Part shown: piece after piece, positions 39,122-48,654 of the stretch | Position numbering within the stretch: position 1 is the stretch's first letter | Layout of the letters: every line of letters starts with the position of its first letter | Assembly: GCA_046483495.1 (NCBI GenBank) | Contig: JAWODC010000090.1 | Location: 89,785-153,784, forward strand | Reading direction: 5' to 3' | Source of the DNA: Desulfobacterales bacterium | Lineage (GTDB): Bacteria; Desulfobacterota; Desulfobacteria; Desulfobacterales; UBA5616 | DNA length: 64,000 nt | Translations under genes and position numbers: made by a program | The notes under the pieces: model-generated | What the model was told of the DNA's origin: nothing | Seen by the model: the letters and a program-made list of their open reading frames with translations, nothing else | Databases searched by the model: none

Positions 39122-40678
39122 CTATTCATCGCTGCTGTAATGGTTGATTTTCATACAGCGCTTATACAGGGGTGCCAGTGCGCTGTATGTCTTTAAATAA
39201 ACATCGTTGAAAAGCCGGTCATAAATGGCGGTGCTTCTGCTGTCGGGCAGAAACTCCCGCCCGACTTCCACCATGGAGTCCACCGCTTCATGAAAGTCGT
39301 TGAACATGCCCACACCGACGGCCGCATCGATAGCGGCGCCGAGTGCGCAGGTTTCGTAGTTTTTCATCCGTTTTGTCGGCAGGGCGAAAACGTCGGCGGC
39401 GATTTGTACGGCGACATCGCTTCTTGAGCCGCCGCCGCCTACCCGGATTTCTTTGAGTTGAACTCCCGTTTTTTCCTGAACGATGCCGCTCAGGCGCCTG
39501 AGTTCGAATATAATGCCTTCCAGAATGGCGCGATAAATATGTGCCCGGTTATGATCGCTCGAAAATCCGATAATCGAGCCTTTCGAATATTTCAAGGAGG
39601 GATGGGGTGTCCAGTGGGGATGGAGCATAAGGCCATTCGAACCCGGTGGAATATCTTTGATGACATTATCCAGGAGCGTTTCGGGAGCGGTTTTTCGCTC
39701 CATCGCTTCAATTGCCTCCCGTTGGCCCAGCTCCTGAATGAACCAGCGGGCCATCCAAAACCCTCTGTAAATAAAGCTTTCAAGATTCCAGGCATCAGGC
39801 ACAGCGGCGCACCACGTAAAAAACCGCGACTTTTTGTCTTCGATGTATTTTCTGGACAATATACCCAGCGTGGCCGCCGTTCCAAAAGAGATCGTTCCGA
39901 TTTCCGGGGACACGGCACCGGTACCCAGTGATTCGGACTGCTTGTCGCCCGCTCCGACAATCACAGGAAGATCTTCAGGCAAACCGGTTTCCCGTGAAGC
40001 GGCCTTCGTGACAAATCCTAAAATTTCATGCGGCTTATAAATTTTCGGCAGGTGATCTCTTCGAATTTTGAAGATCTCGAGAAGATCATCGCTCCCATAC
40101 CAGTCGAATTTTTTGTATTCCAGCGGCCAGAGACCGGCGAACATGGAGGCGGAATCATGAAAATGTCCTGTCAGTTTTTTTACAAACCAACCGGACACAA
40201 GGCAGAACTTATGCGTCTTTGCATATATGTCCGGCTCGTTCTTGTGTATCCATGAAAAGAAGGAATGCCTCTGAATGACTTTGAGGGCATTCGATTTTCC
40301 GATAAGCGCAAAGATCAGTTTTATCTTCTTTCCCACCGGCGGGGGATCGTCAAGATAGCGCTGGTCAAGCCAGATAATGGCGTTTCGCAGGGCATTTCCC
40401 TGTTTGTCCACCGGAATGACATTGCCGCGCTGCGTCGTGATTCCTACGCCGGCAAGCCGTGCAGGATCGAATCGGCCGCTTTTCATTACCTTGTTTGTCA
40501 CCATGCAGAATTTGCGCCAATAATCTTCGGGCTTCTGTTCCGCCCACCCCGGATTGAGTGAAAAATAGGGCTCGTGAAGCGCTCTGGCCGAGGCCGCTTC
40601 ATTCCCTTGTCTGTCGTACACAATGGCGCGAACGCTTTGCGTACCGCTGTCAATTCCCATGATCAGATCTTTTTCCAC
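39122..40678 (-). CDS. FGGY-family carbohydrate/polyol kinase
   Basis: MGIDSGTQSVRA, GWAEQ, WLDQR, GAGDKQ, YRAILEG and GGGSRS. Confidence 0.9.
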   Translation of the reverse strand: MEKDLIMGIDSGTQSVRAIVYDRQGNEAASARALHEPYFSLNPGWAEQKPEDYWRKFCMVTNKVMKSGRFDPARLAGVGITTQRGNVIPVDKQGNALRNAIIWLDQRYLDDPPPVGKKIKLIFALIGKSNALKVIQRHSFFSWIHKNEPDIYAKTHKFCLVSGWFVKKLTGHFHDSASMFAGLWPLEYKKFDWYGSDDLLEIFKIRRDHLPKIYKPHEILGFVTKAASRETGLPEDLPVIVGAGDKQSESLGTGAVSPEIGTISFGTAATLGILSRKYIEDKKSRFFTWCAAVPDAWNLESFIYRGFWMARWFIQELGQREAIEAMERKTAPETLLDNVIKDIPPGSNGLMLHPHWTPHPSLKYSKGSIIGFSSDHNRAHIYRAILEGIIFELRRLSGIVQEKTGVQLKEIRVGGGGSRSDVAVQIAADVFALPTKRMKNYETCALGAAIDAAVGVGMFNDFHEAVDSMVEVGREFLPDSRSTAIYDRLFNDVYLKTYSALAPLYKRCMKINHYSSDE

Positions 40679-40680
40679 GA

Positions 40681-42072
40681 TTATCCCCCTATCGTCATTC
40701 CTATCGGAGAAAGATCAGGCTCCCAGGTCGGATCTTGCTGTTGGTAATAATCGAACAGCCTGAGGCGGTTCGACTCGGCCTTGCGGATAATATCCTGTTC
40801 ACTGATGATCCCCCGTTCGATCAGTAATTTATCCAGTTTCAGGGAAGCCTGCTGATACGGCAGGCACCCGTGCAGGAACGTATCGTAACCCGCAAGCGCT
40901 ATCTTGTTTCTGAGCTCCAGGGCTTCACCCGAACACCCGATGGCGCAATCGCCCAGAAAAAACGTATTTTTCAAATCCCACTCTTTCCCGGGCGGGATCT
41001 TTGGATCACTGCCTACGATTAAACTCGTCCTTTCCTTGATTTTGGAAAGGGAGCTTAAAACGCGCGCAGCCATCAGCCAGCAGGAGGAACAGGCTCCGCC
41101 GATATAGACATCCACGCTCGGGTAAACCCCGGTCACGAACGTGTCGATCGGCTGGACGTAATTCAATGGGAGCTGGAATTTCTTTCTCACAGAATCCACG
41201 CTTTCTCCGGTGACCTCGATTTCGGCGGGGTTGGCAACACCGAGGCCTTCGTGGGCGGCAATGCGCGTGGTATTGACCACGAGTGGATTGTCGATCCCCA
41301 TCACCTGCGTACAAACGGAATCGACGGCGACCACATCGCTGCCCGCCAGCACGATCCCCATGGGAACAGGCGTACCCGATTCTCCCGCGCCCATCCCCTC
41401 CATGCCGATCAACCCGTCGACAAGGGCCAGGTCGGGCTTTCGCACCTTCAAAATGTCAACCAGGTGCTGGTCAAGATCGTCGCGGTGCCCAAAATAACGG
41501 TCGCTTTTCGTCAGGATTCCCTGGAGGTTTTTGATGCCCAAAGTCACCATGGTCATGGTGTGGGTTTTCAGTGCCGGCAGATCGATGAAAACATCCGCCT
41601 CGAGAACAGCCTTTGGATAATCCAGGGCATGCAGGACTTTTCCCCCCGGGACCGTCACCTTTTCGGTTTCAGCGTCTTCCACCCCCATGATTGTACCGCC
41701 CGCCTCGGTTACCGCCCTTTCGACCCCCAGCAGTTTCATAATCTCGACGGTTTTCATGCCCCTGACCAGTATTTCCGATGCACGGCTCTTGTCGGCGTTC
41801 GCCCGGCTCATCAGGCTTCCGACGCTCACCCCTTCGAGGACCAGGACCTCTTTTGCACCGGCAGTCTTGCAAAGCGCCACGAGGGCTCCGACAACCCTCC
41901 GGTCCACGGAAATGGGGGGCGGATACGGTGCAAAAATATTCGGCTTTATGACAACACGACTCCCTTTTTTGACATAATTTCCAATACCGCCGACAAGATC
42001 GACGGCCTTCTTCACCATGCGCTCGATATCCTCTTGCCGTATCGGAAATTCGGATTTGACGATTGAAACCAT
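40681..42072 (-). CDS. DUF362 domain Fe-S protein
   Basis: VVIKPN, LPALKTH, TLGIKNLQG, DGLIGMEG, DVVAVD, and C-terminal ACSSC/GDC/GCLP. Confidence 0.85.
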   Translation of the reverse strand: MVSIVKSEFPIRQEDIERMVKKAVDLVGGIGNYVKKGSRVVIKPNIFAPYPPPISVDRRVVGALVALCKTAGAKEVLVLEGVSVGSLMSRANADKSRASEILVRGMKTVEIMKLLGVERAVTEAGGTIMGVEDAETEKVTVPGGKVLHALDYPKAVLEADVFIDLPALKTHTMTMVTLGIKNLQGILTKSDRYFGHRDDLDQHLVDILKVRKPDLALVDGLIGMEGMGAGESGTPVPMGIVLAGSDVVAVDSVCTQVMGIDNPLVVNTTRIAAHEGLGVANPAEIEVTGESVDSVRKKFQLPLNYVQPIDTFVTGVYPSVDVYIGGACSSCWLMAARVLSSLSKIKERTSLIVGSDPKIPPGKEWDLKNTFFLGDCAIGCSGEALELRNKIALAGYDTFLHGCLPYQQASLKLDKLLIERGIISEQDIIRKAESNRLRLFDYYQQQDPTWEPDLSPIGMTIGG

Positions 42073-42387
42073 TATTCACTCTCCTATAGGTTTCGGTTTT
42101 CCTGCACACGTTGACCGGTGGCCGGGCAACGGGCGGTAAAAAGCTGATTTGGGGATAAGATCTGCCGGTACTGGATTATTTCTCTATCAAAGCGGCATAG
42201 TGAACCAGTGAAAAAGAAAAATACCGGGAAATGCAGCAGATTTGCTTTGACCGTTTCTATAACTTTAATTGCATAGGCCTGTCCACTTTTTTTTCAATTA
42301 TTGTCTAACTTTCGGGGTTGAATCGGGCCATTCGCCGATGAAAAAAGGGGACGGGCGAGGGAAGCGAGACAGGCGCGACGGGACAGC

Positions 42388-42509
42388 GGGACGTCTATGT
42401 TTTTGTGCTCTTCCACCGGCAATCAGCTGGTACGGTTTTGCATGTGCAGACATCCAGTTATTTAGAATACCGGCTGATTGCGAGAAAGGTATAAAAACAT
42501 AGACGTCCC
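42388..42509. repeat. 122-bp nested inverted-repeat element
   Basis: Outer arms GGGACGTCTATGTTTTT / AAAAACATAGACGTCCC are a perfect 17 bp. Inner arms GCAATCAGCTGGTA / TACCGGCTGATTGC match at 13/14. Confidence 0.8.
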
Positions 42510-42537
42510 TGGATGGACGCCGATGCTTTAGACTTTT

Positions 42538-44337
42538 TTAGTAAAATATAACGGTCACTTCGTTGGAGCAACCTTCTGAGTCACAAACCTTGTAAATGTA
42601 AGACCCGCCGCCGCGCAGATCGATATTGTCGGTGTAAGAGCCATTATTATCTATTGTCGTAATAAGCACATCATTTCGATAGATATCTACACTCGTGTGA
42701 GTTGCACCGCTCCACTCCAAATCAGCTTTTTGAAGTCCTCTGAATTTGTACCCGGTTGCGGTCAGGGTGATGCCTCCATCGCTCCCGCCGCCAACAGCTA
42801 TGGTAATGCTGTCGCTGGCGGTGTTGCCTGCCGAATCCGTCACTTCAGCCGTTATGGTGTGGGTGCCGTCACTAAGCACCGCGCTGAAAGAGCCTCCTGT
42901 GCCGATTTGTCCTTCTTTATCAGATGCCCAATCAAGGCCGGCGGTCAGGTCTCCATCTTCATTGTCGGAAGCCGAGCCGGAAAAAGAAATGGTGGCGTTT
43001 GAATCGAACGAATCGCCGTTTGCCGGTTCGGTAATATGGGCAGTGGGTGCGGCATTTTCATCACCACCTATGGCGACAAATTCAGGGTTAAAGGTGTTCA
43101 CATCGAGCAGCGGCTCCTTTATGCCGTCTCCGGAATCGTCTACCCAATCAGAGTTTCCGGCATTGATGACCTGATCGTAAAGATTGTAAACGTCCGCGGC
43201 ATCGGAGGGGTTATCGGCACTCGCCAGCAAAGCCAGGGCGCCGGCTGCATGGGGACTGGCCATGGAGGTGCCGCTGATGGTGCCGTACTCTCCCTGCTCT
43301 ATGGGAAACGTGGACAGAATGCATACGCCGGGAGCGGCGATGTCAACGGCCGAACCCCAGTTGCTGAAATCCGCCAGGGTGTCATCCTGATCGTCCCGGC
43401 AGGTCGGGCTGCCTGAGCCTCCCGGTGCGCCGTCGAAATCGGCCAGGGCGCTTACGGTCAGGACATTGTCAAAAGCGGCCGGGCTGTAATTGGCGGCATC
43501 GTCGTCTGAATTGCCGGCGGCCACCGCAAAGGCTACCCCTTTATTAACGGCGCCCTGGATGGCGTCGTATTCGGCCTGGTTAAAGCCGCCGCCGCCTAAG
43601 CTCATGTTGGCCACTTCAATTACACCCGCATTGGCGGCTACCCAGTCAATGCCGGCAACGATGCCGGAGGAGTAGCCCGAGCCGCTCGAATCCAGAACCT
43701 TGACGGCCCAGAGACGCGCGCCGGGCGCTACACCGACCACTCCGATGCCGTTGTCGATTGCGGCGATCGTCCCCGCGACATGGGTTCCGTGATAATGATC
43801 GTCATCACCACCGGTGCCTTCCGTACTGCTGCAATAGTACTTCCTCGCCCACGGCGGCCCGCCGCCGGAGCAGGTGCAGTCTACGCCGCCGGCCACATTG
43901 AGATCGGGGTGCTCGAAATCCACGCCCGTATCGATGACCGCCACCCCCACGTCGACCCGGTAGTCGTCTGTACCATCGATATCGATGTTTGTGTTCGTGT
44001 CGGCGAAAATGCGCTGAACGCCGGTGGGAACGGTCTGTGCAAAGGCGTATCGGACCTCATCGGTGACTACGTACTTGACGTTGGGATTTTTTTCCAGGGC
44101 AGCCACCGCCTGTGGGGGCACTGTGATGGAAAATCCCTTCAGCGCGTGCTCGTAAATGAATCCAACCCGCCCCCCTGCCTGCCCTACGATTTCTTTAGCG
44201 GCGTCTGCAGGCGATCTCACGCTATCGTTCAAGACGACGATATAGCCTGCATGTTCAGGGGGATCGGCGTTCACTGCGGGGGATATACCGAGCAGCACAG
44301 CCAATATAAAAACCACGGTTACAGGCATACGTTTCAT
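42538..44337 (-). CDS. Secreted S8 subtilisin-like serine protease with I9 propeptide and C-terminal Ig/PKD-like domains
   Basis: Signal peptide, VAVIDTG, HGTHVAG, AAGN and SGTSMASPH; AGGAGG RBS before ATG 44337. Confidence 0.93.
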   Translation of the reverse strand: MKRMPVTVVFILAVLLGISPAVNADPPEHAGYIVVLNDSVRSPADAAKEIVGQAGGRVGFIYEHALKGFSITVPPQAVAALEKNPNVKYVVTDEVRYAFAQTVPTGVQRIFADTNTNIDIDGTDDYRVDVGVAVIDTGVDFEHPDLNVAGGVDCTCSGGGPPWARKYYCSSTEGTGGDDDHYHGTHVAGTIAAIDNGIGVVGVAPGARLWAVKVLDSSGSGYSSGIVAGIDWVAANAGVIEVANMSLGGGGFNQAEYDAIQGAVNKGVAFAVAAGNSDDDAANYSPAAFDNVLTVSALADFDGAPGGSGSPTCRDDQDDTLADFSNWGSAVDIAAPGVCILSTFPIEQGEYGTISGTSMASPHAAGALALLASADNPSDAADVYNLYDQVINAGNSDWVDDSGDGIKEPLLDVNTFNPEFVAIGGDENAAPTAHITEPANGDSFDSNATISFSGSASDNEDGDLTAGLDWASDKEGQIGTGGSFSAVLSDGTHTITAEVTDSAGNTASDSITIAVGGGSDGGITLTATGYKFRGLQKADLEWSGATHTSVDIYRNDVLITTIDNNGSYTDNIDLRGGGSYIYKVCDSEGCSNEVTVIFY

Positions 44338-44691
44338 GATGCTTCCTCCTTGATTCATTGTTTTCAGGAAAAAACACAACTACCCGCTTTTGAGCTGTTT
44401 TTCGAATGAAGCTGTTTGTAAGACGGGTACCGCCCGGTTCGGATGGGCCGGGTTACGAGCTATCTCAAAACAATTATTCTGCTTCGAGATGGAAGCGGAA
44501 CCGCAGTTTGGCCGGAGGCATACTAACATATGTCGAGAACGTAACCTGTGGTTCCACGCGGTATTGGGACAAAAGATGATTATTTGCAGCTATAAATATC
44601 ACGTCCTAACCAACACGTCCATAATTTCTTGCCATTCTCGATTCAATTATTTTATCCCGACGCTTTCCACGAATAAAAAAGTCTGGTATAA

Positions 44692-44850
44692 AACCCCCAA
44701 TCTGCGCTCGTTGGGCGGCAGCGGGAATTCTGCAGAACATGGCCGAACCAAAAAGAGGTTACCGTCAAGGGAATTCATTTTGTCCAGGAGGACTCTCCCG
44801 ACGAAATCGGTCGGGCCGTTGCCGATTTCATCAAAGAAATTCATGAATAA
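44692..44850 (+). pseudogene. C-terminal relic of a haloalkane dehalogenase (LinB-like)
   Basis: Translation NPQSALVGRQREFCRTWPNQKEVTVKGIHFVQEDSPDEIGRAVADFIKEIHE*, preceded by an in-frame TAA at 44689 and with no start codon. Confidence 0.8.
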
Positions 44851-44979
44851 ATTATGGAGGACATTGGATCGATTGTTTGTATGCTTTTCTCACGAAACGA
44901 AATCTCATTTGCAAACTTCCCGTCTCTTTTGATTAGAGGCTTATCGTGAGAAAAGCATAAAAACCCAGCGCCTTTAGTA

Positions 44980-45903
44980 CTACCATTCATCATCTTCGTA
45001 AAATGCGCTCGAGATTTCGCTTGTCTTTATCTTGACGGTTTCTATTTCTTCCGGACGCAGGCGCTTTTTCCAGTTTTTGATATTTTCTTTGCTGTTTCGT
45101 TTAAGCTCCCTTCCGGGCTGCTGCTCCGCAGGATTGTGAACGCCGGAAGTCTCCAGAATGCCCGACTCGACTGCGGGCGTGAACGCCAGACCGAACTTAC
45201 GGTAGATGGATTCGAAATTCCCCAGTGGATCATTGGACAAATCTTCATGCCTCACAAACAACCATTCCGGATGGTCCTCTTGGTATAGTGTTGCTGTATG
45301 GTGAATACAGTTCCAAAGCAATATGGCTTGATCGATAATCGATTGCTCTTCCTTTGCGAACTCACGTATTTCATTTTCAAATGGACCCAAATACCTGTCC
45401 ATTAACAAGGGCTGGTTCAAAAGGTTGTTAAAATTAAATTTCCAGTTCTTTATTTTCAGGCTCGAACAATATGCAGCAGGGTGCCTTATCATTACAAGGA
45501 CATTCATTCCGTACGTTTTGCTCAACCATTCAGCAGAAAAAAACGCGATAGGATCTTTGACAACAGGAGTATTTTTTCTGATTCGGTGTAACAGCGTAAT
45601 CCGTTGGTGTCTGAAAATTTTCACCACATCTTTAAATCCTCTTGCTTTGGCCAAATTGCCGAGCAGCGGGTATTTAAATTGAATAACGCTGTCAAGCGCC
45701 GCTTTATACGGATTTTCGTTTTCTTCACATACATACTGGAACCAGCAATTGAAGGGGCTGTCGACAACAGACAGTTTGTTGCGGATATTGAAGGGCTCAT
45801 GGATGTACCCGGCATGTGGCGCTAAGGCCAGAATCCTTCCAGCCCACGTCGTCCCGGACCTGTGTGAACCTGTCACTAAAATAGGTTTAATAGCATCACT
45901 CAT
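44980..45903 (-). CDS. Sulfotransferase family protein
   Basis: 5'-PSB loop VTGSHRSGTTW, HEPF, 3'-PB RHPAAYCSS and VRHEDL. Confidence 0.88.
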   Translation of the reverse strand: MSDAIKPILVTGSHRSGTTWAGRILALAPHAGYIHEPFNIRNKLSVVDSPFNCWFQYVCEENENPYKAALDSVIQFKYPLLGNLAKARGFKDVVKIFRHQRITLLHRIRKNTPVVKDPIAFFSAEWLSKTYGMNVLVMIRHPAAYCSSLKIKNWKFNFNNLLNQPLLMDRYLGPFENEIREFAKEEQSIIDQAILLWNCIHHTATLYQEDHPEWLFVRHEDLSNDPLGNFESIYRKFGLAFTPAVESGILETSGVHNPAEQQPGRELKRNSKENIKNWKKRLRPEEIETVKIKTSEISSAFYEDDEW

Positions 45904-46141
45904 GTGCAATCACATCATCATGCCTTAAATGGATTTGCTCTGAAAAAGCCGGCCACGCCCTCGATATTTTTTGCTAACTGAATAAAAACATCACACTTCA
46001 CGAAAGCTAATGCGCTCCACAAAATAAGGGGATAACATCATGAACTTTTCTGCATCTTCCGGATCAGATAACATACCCGTGAGAAAATGCCAATAATGAC
46101 GATTACACGACGAAATGGATCACAAATGGTTCACCATGGGT

Positions 46142-46174
46142 AAAAAAAAGGCCGACTCGAAAGTTGGCCTTTTT
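46142..46174 (-). terminator. Terminator downstream of tRNA-Leu
   Basis: AAAAAAAAGGCCGACT-CGAA-AGTTGGCCTTTT. Confidence 0.7.
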
Positions 46175-46198
46175 CGTGTAACCTGTTGATTTTTTAGG

Positions 46199-46285
46199 TG
46201 GTGCCGAAGGGGAGACTCGAACTCCCACGGAAGTACATCCACTAGACCCTGAACCTAGCGCGTCTACCAGTTCCGCCACTTCGGC
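46199..46285 (-). tRNA. tRNA-Leu (anticodon CAG)
   Basis: GCCGAAGTGGCGGAACTGGTAGACGCGCTAGGTTCAGGGTCTAG...GTTCGAGTCTCCCCTTCGGCACCA: 87 nt, long variable arm, encoded CCA. Confidence 0.97.
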
Positions 46286-46380
46286 TTTAGAGGCATAAAA
46301 AAGATTGATTTAATCTCAGAGCTGTTTTATCTATAGCCTTTTAAATTTGTTGTCAAGATATATATTTTCAGGTTCGATAA

Positions 46381-46406
46381 AGTGCCCATCCGGAATCGGC
46401 CGATTC
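46381..46406. repeat. Degenerate end of the 22229 MITE family
   Basis: AGTGCCCATCCGGAATCGGCCGATTC resembles the reverse complement of the right end, AGTGCCCATCCAGAAATGGCTGATTC. Confidence 0.55.
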
Positions 46407-46449
46407 AGATTCATTCCATGATTGGGTGGTCGCTGGGAAGAAATAATAA

Positions 46450-47385
46450 ATGAAGCTGATCGAGGGACTGGAAAACATACAAGCGCCCTTTAAAAACGCG
46501 GTGGTGACCATCGGAAATTTCGATGGCGTGCACATCGGCCACCAGGCCCTATTTCACCAGGTGATCGAAAAAGCGGACGCCATTGACGGAACCTCTGTTG
46601 CCATAACGTTTAAACCCCACCCCATCCGGGTACTGAAACAGAACGGGAACCCCCCGCTGATAACCCTGTATGATCAGAAAGCAGAGCTGATCGAGCGCTC
46701 GGGGATGGATGCATTGATCGTCATTCCATTTACCCGTGAATTCGCCGAAATACCGGCCGATGCGTTCATTCGGGATATCCTGGTGCGGCAGATCGGATTG
46801 AAGGCCGTCATCATCGGTGAGGATTACAGTTTCGGGAAAAACCGGGAGGGCGACTTCGACATGCTGAAAAGCTTCGGCGAGCAATTGGGATTCGAAGTCA
46901 TCGTGGCGAACTGGATCTTAACGCCCAACGGCGGCTCTCAGCGCATCAGCAGCACCCGCATTCGCGAGCTCGTCATGGACGGCGATGTCTCCGGTGTTCA
47001 GCCCATGCTCGGTCGCCACTATCAAGTCCGGGGAACCGTAGAAGCCGGACGCAGCAGGGGGGGCAAACTTCTTGGTTTTCCAACGGCGAATATCCGGCTC
47101 TTCGACGAATTGTGCCCAAAAACCGGCGTGTACGCGGTTACGGTTGAATTGGCGGATAACCACTATAAAGGTGTTGCGAATATCGGCTACAGCCCGACAT
47201 TCGATGACGGCATGTACACGGTGGAGGTGCACATCCTGGATTTTCATAAGGACATATATGGTCGACAGATCCGCGTAAATTTTATCGAACGCATTCGGGA
47301 TGAAAAGAAATTTTCCGGTATCGACGAACTTTCCCGTCAGATTCGAAGGGATGTGGAACAGGCCCGCAGACGGGCTACCCTTTAA
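46450..47385 (+). CDS. ribF: Bifunctional riboflavin kinase / FAD synthetase
   Basis: GNFDGVHIGH, ISSTRIR, LGFPTAN, GVY and EVHILDF. Confidence 0.96.
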   Translation: MKLIEGLENIQAPFKNAVVTIGNFDGVHIGHQALFHQVIEKADAIDGTSVAITFKPHPIRVLKQNGNPPLITLYDQKAELIERSGMDALIVIPFTREFAEIPADAFIRDILVRQIGLKAVIIGEDYSFGKNREGDFDMLKSFGEQLGFEVIVANWILTPNGGSQRISSTRIRELVMDGDVSGVQPMLGRHYQVRGTVEAGRSRGGKLLGFPTANIRLFDELCPKTGVYAVTVELADNHYKGVANIGYSPTFDDGMYTVEVHILDFHKDIYGRQIRVNFIERIRDEKKFSGIDELSRQIRRDVEQARRRATL

Positions 47386-47478
47386 ATCTCTTGGCAATTG
47401 GCGGGGGCGTATGTGTATTTGCCGTTCCCCATCGGTTTCCCACAAGCAAAAAACTGATAAAGGATTTTGATATCGTTC

Positions 47479-48579
47479 ATGAACAGGAGAATCGCCGTTT
47501 CACTTTTCGTCGGCACACTGGTTTCCATCATCGGTCTTTATCTCGCATTTCGAAACGTCCCCTTCCTTGAATTGTACCGTTACATAAAAAGCATCAATTA
47601 TTTTTGGACGATACCGGCGGCAATGGTCGTCATTTTAAGTTTCCTCCTGCGTGCTCTTCGATGGCGGCTGATGTTGACGATTTCGCAGCCTGTTTCCTTT
47701 TGGGAAGCCTTTCACCCACTGATGACCGGCTTCATGATCAACTGTGTCCTCCCCGGAAGGGTCGGGGAAGTCGCCCGCCCTGTAATCACACAAAAAAATT
47801 CCGGAATCCCTTTTCCCGCCGGGATCGCCTCGGTCGCCGCTGAACGGATATTCGACGTGGTGATTCTGCTCGGACTGTTCGCCGGACTCGTCATGAATAT
47901 GGAATTCGACAGAAGCGCCGAGGTCGCGTTCGGCGGCATAACTCTCGACAAGGCGATGCTGGACCGCGCCACCCTTGGTGTAGTCCAGGTTTTTGCGGTT
48001 CTGATTGCCGGCATTACCGTTATCTGCATTCCTCGATTCCGAAAGAAAATCGGGTTGGGAATTCAAAAGATACCCGCCATGCTTTTCTTTCTCGGACCGT
48101 CGGGGAAACATTTTATTCACGAGAGGATCTGCATGCCGCTGATCGCTTTTTTAGATCACACGGCTTTCGGCTTTTCATTTTTGCGGTACCCGAAAAAAGT
48201 GATTTCCTGCGCCGCCCTTACCTGCGCCATCTGGATTCTTGCAGCTGCTTCCTATTTTCTGGTGGCCATGGGCTGTCCCGGAATTTCCCTGTCGCTGCTT
48301 GAATTTTTCATCGTTATGGTTATAGTATGTTTTTTTATCGTACTCCCTTCGGTTCCCGGCTACTGGGGATTGTGGGAGGCGGGCGGTGTTTTTGCTCTGG
48401 TATTGTTCGGAATCGATCACAAAGACGCCGCCGGTTTTACGCTGGTGAATCATGCGGTTCAAATTTTTCCGGTCATTGTCATCGGTTTTATTTCCGCCGT
48501 ATTGATCAGTGTGGATATCAGCCGGTTTTCATGGTCTCGAAAAAATGAAAGCACGATTTTAGAAGGAGAAAAAATTTAA
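47479..48579 (+). CDS. Lysylphosphatidylglycerol synthase TM-domain (UPF0104, flippase-like) protein
   Basis: RALRW, N.VLPGRVGEVAR, ERIFD and PSVPGYWGLWE; multiple TM segments. Confidence 0.85.
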   Translation: MNRRIAVSLFVGTLVSIIGLYLAFRNVPFLELYRYIKSINYFWTIPAAMVVILSFLLRALRWRLMLTISQPVSFWEAFHPLMTGFMINCVLPGRVGEVARPVITQKNSGIPFPAGIASVAAERIFDVVILLGLFAGLVMNMEFDRSAEVAFGGITLDKAMLDRATLGVVQVFAVLIAGITVICIPRFRKKIGLGIQKIPAMLFFLGPSGKHFIHERICMPLIAFLDHTAFGFSFLRYPKKVISCAALTCAIWILAAASYFLVAMGCPGISLSLLEFFIVMVIVCFFIVLPSVPGYWGLWEAGGVFALVLFGIDHKDAAGFTLVNHAVQIFPVIVIGFISAVLISVDISRFSWSRKNESTILEGEKI

Positions 48580-48654
48580 ATTGAACCGATTCTTTGCCGT
48601 AATGTTCGACGTTCCCGGGTCATCGATTCAAGGCGCAAATGGGTTTATTTATAG

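Noticed and set aside
44390..44932. 180-aa plus-strand ORF
   Set aside because: No recognisable protein; the real coding relic in this interval is in a different frame.
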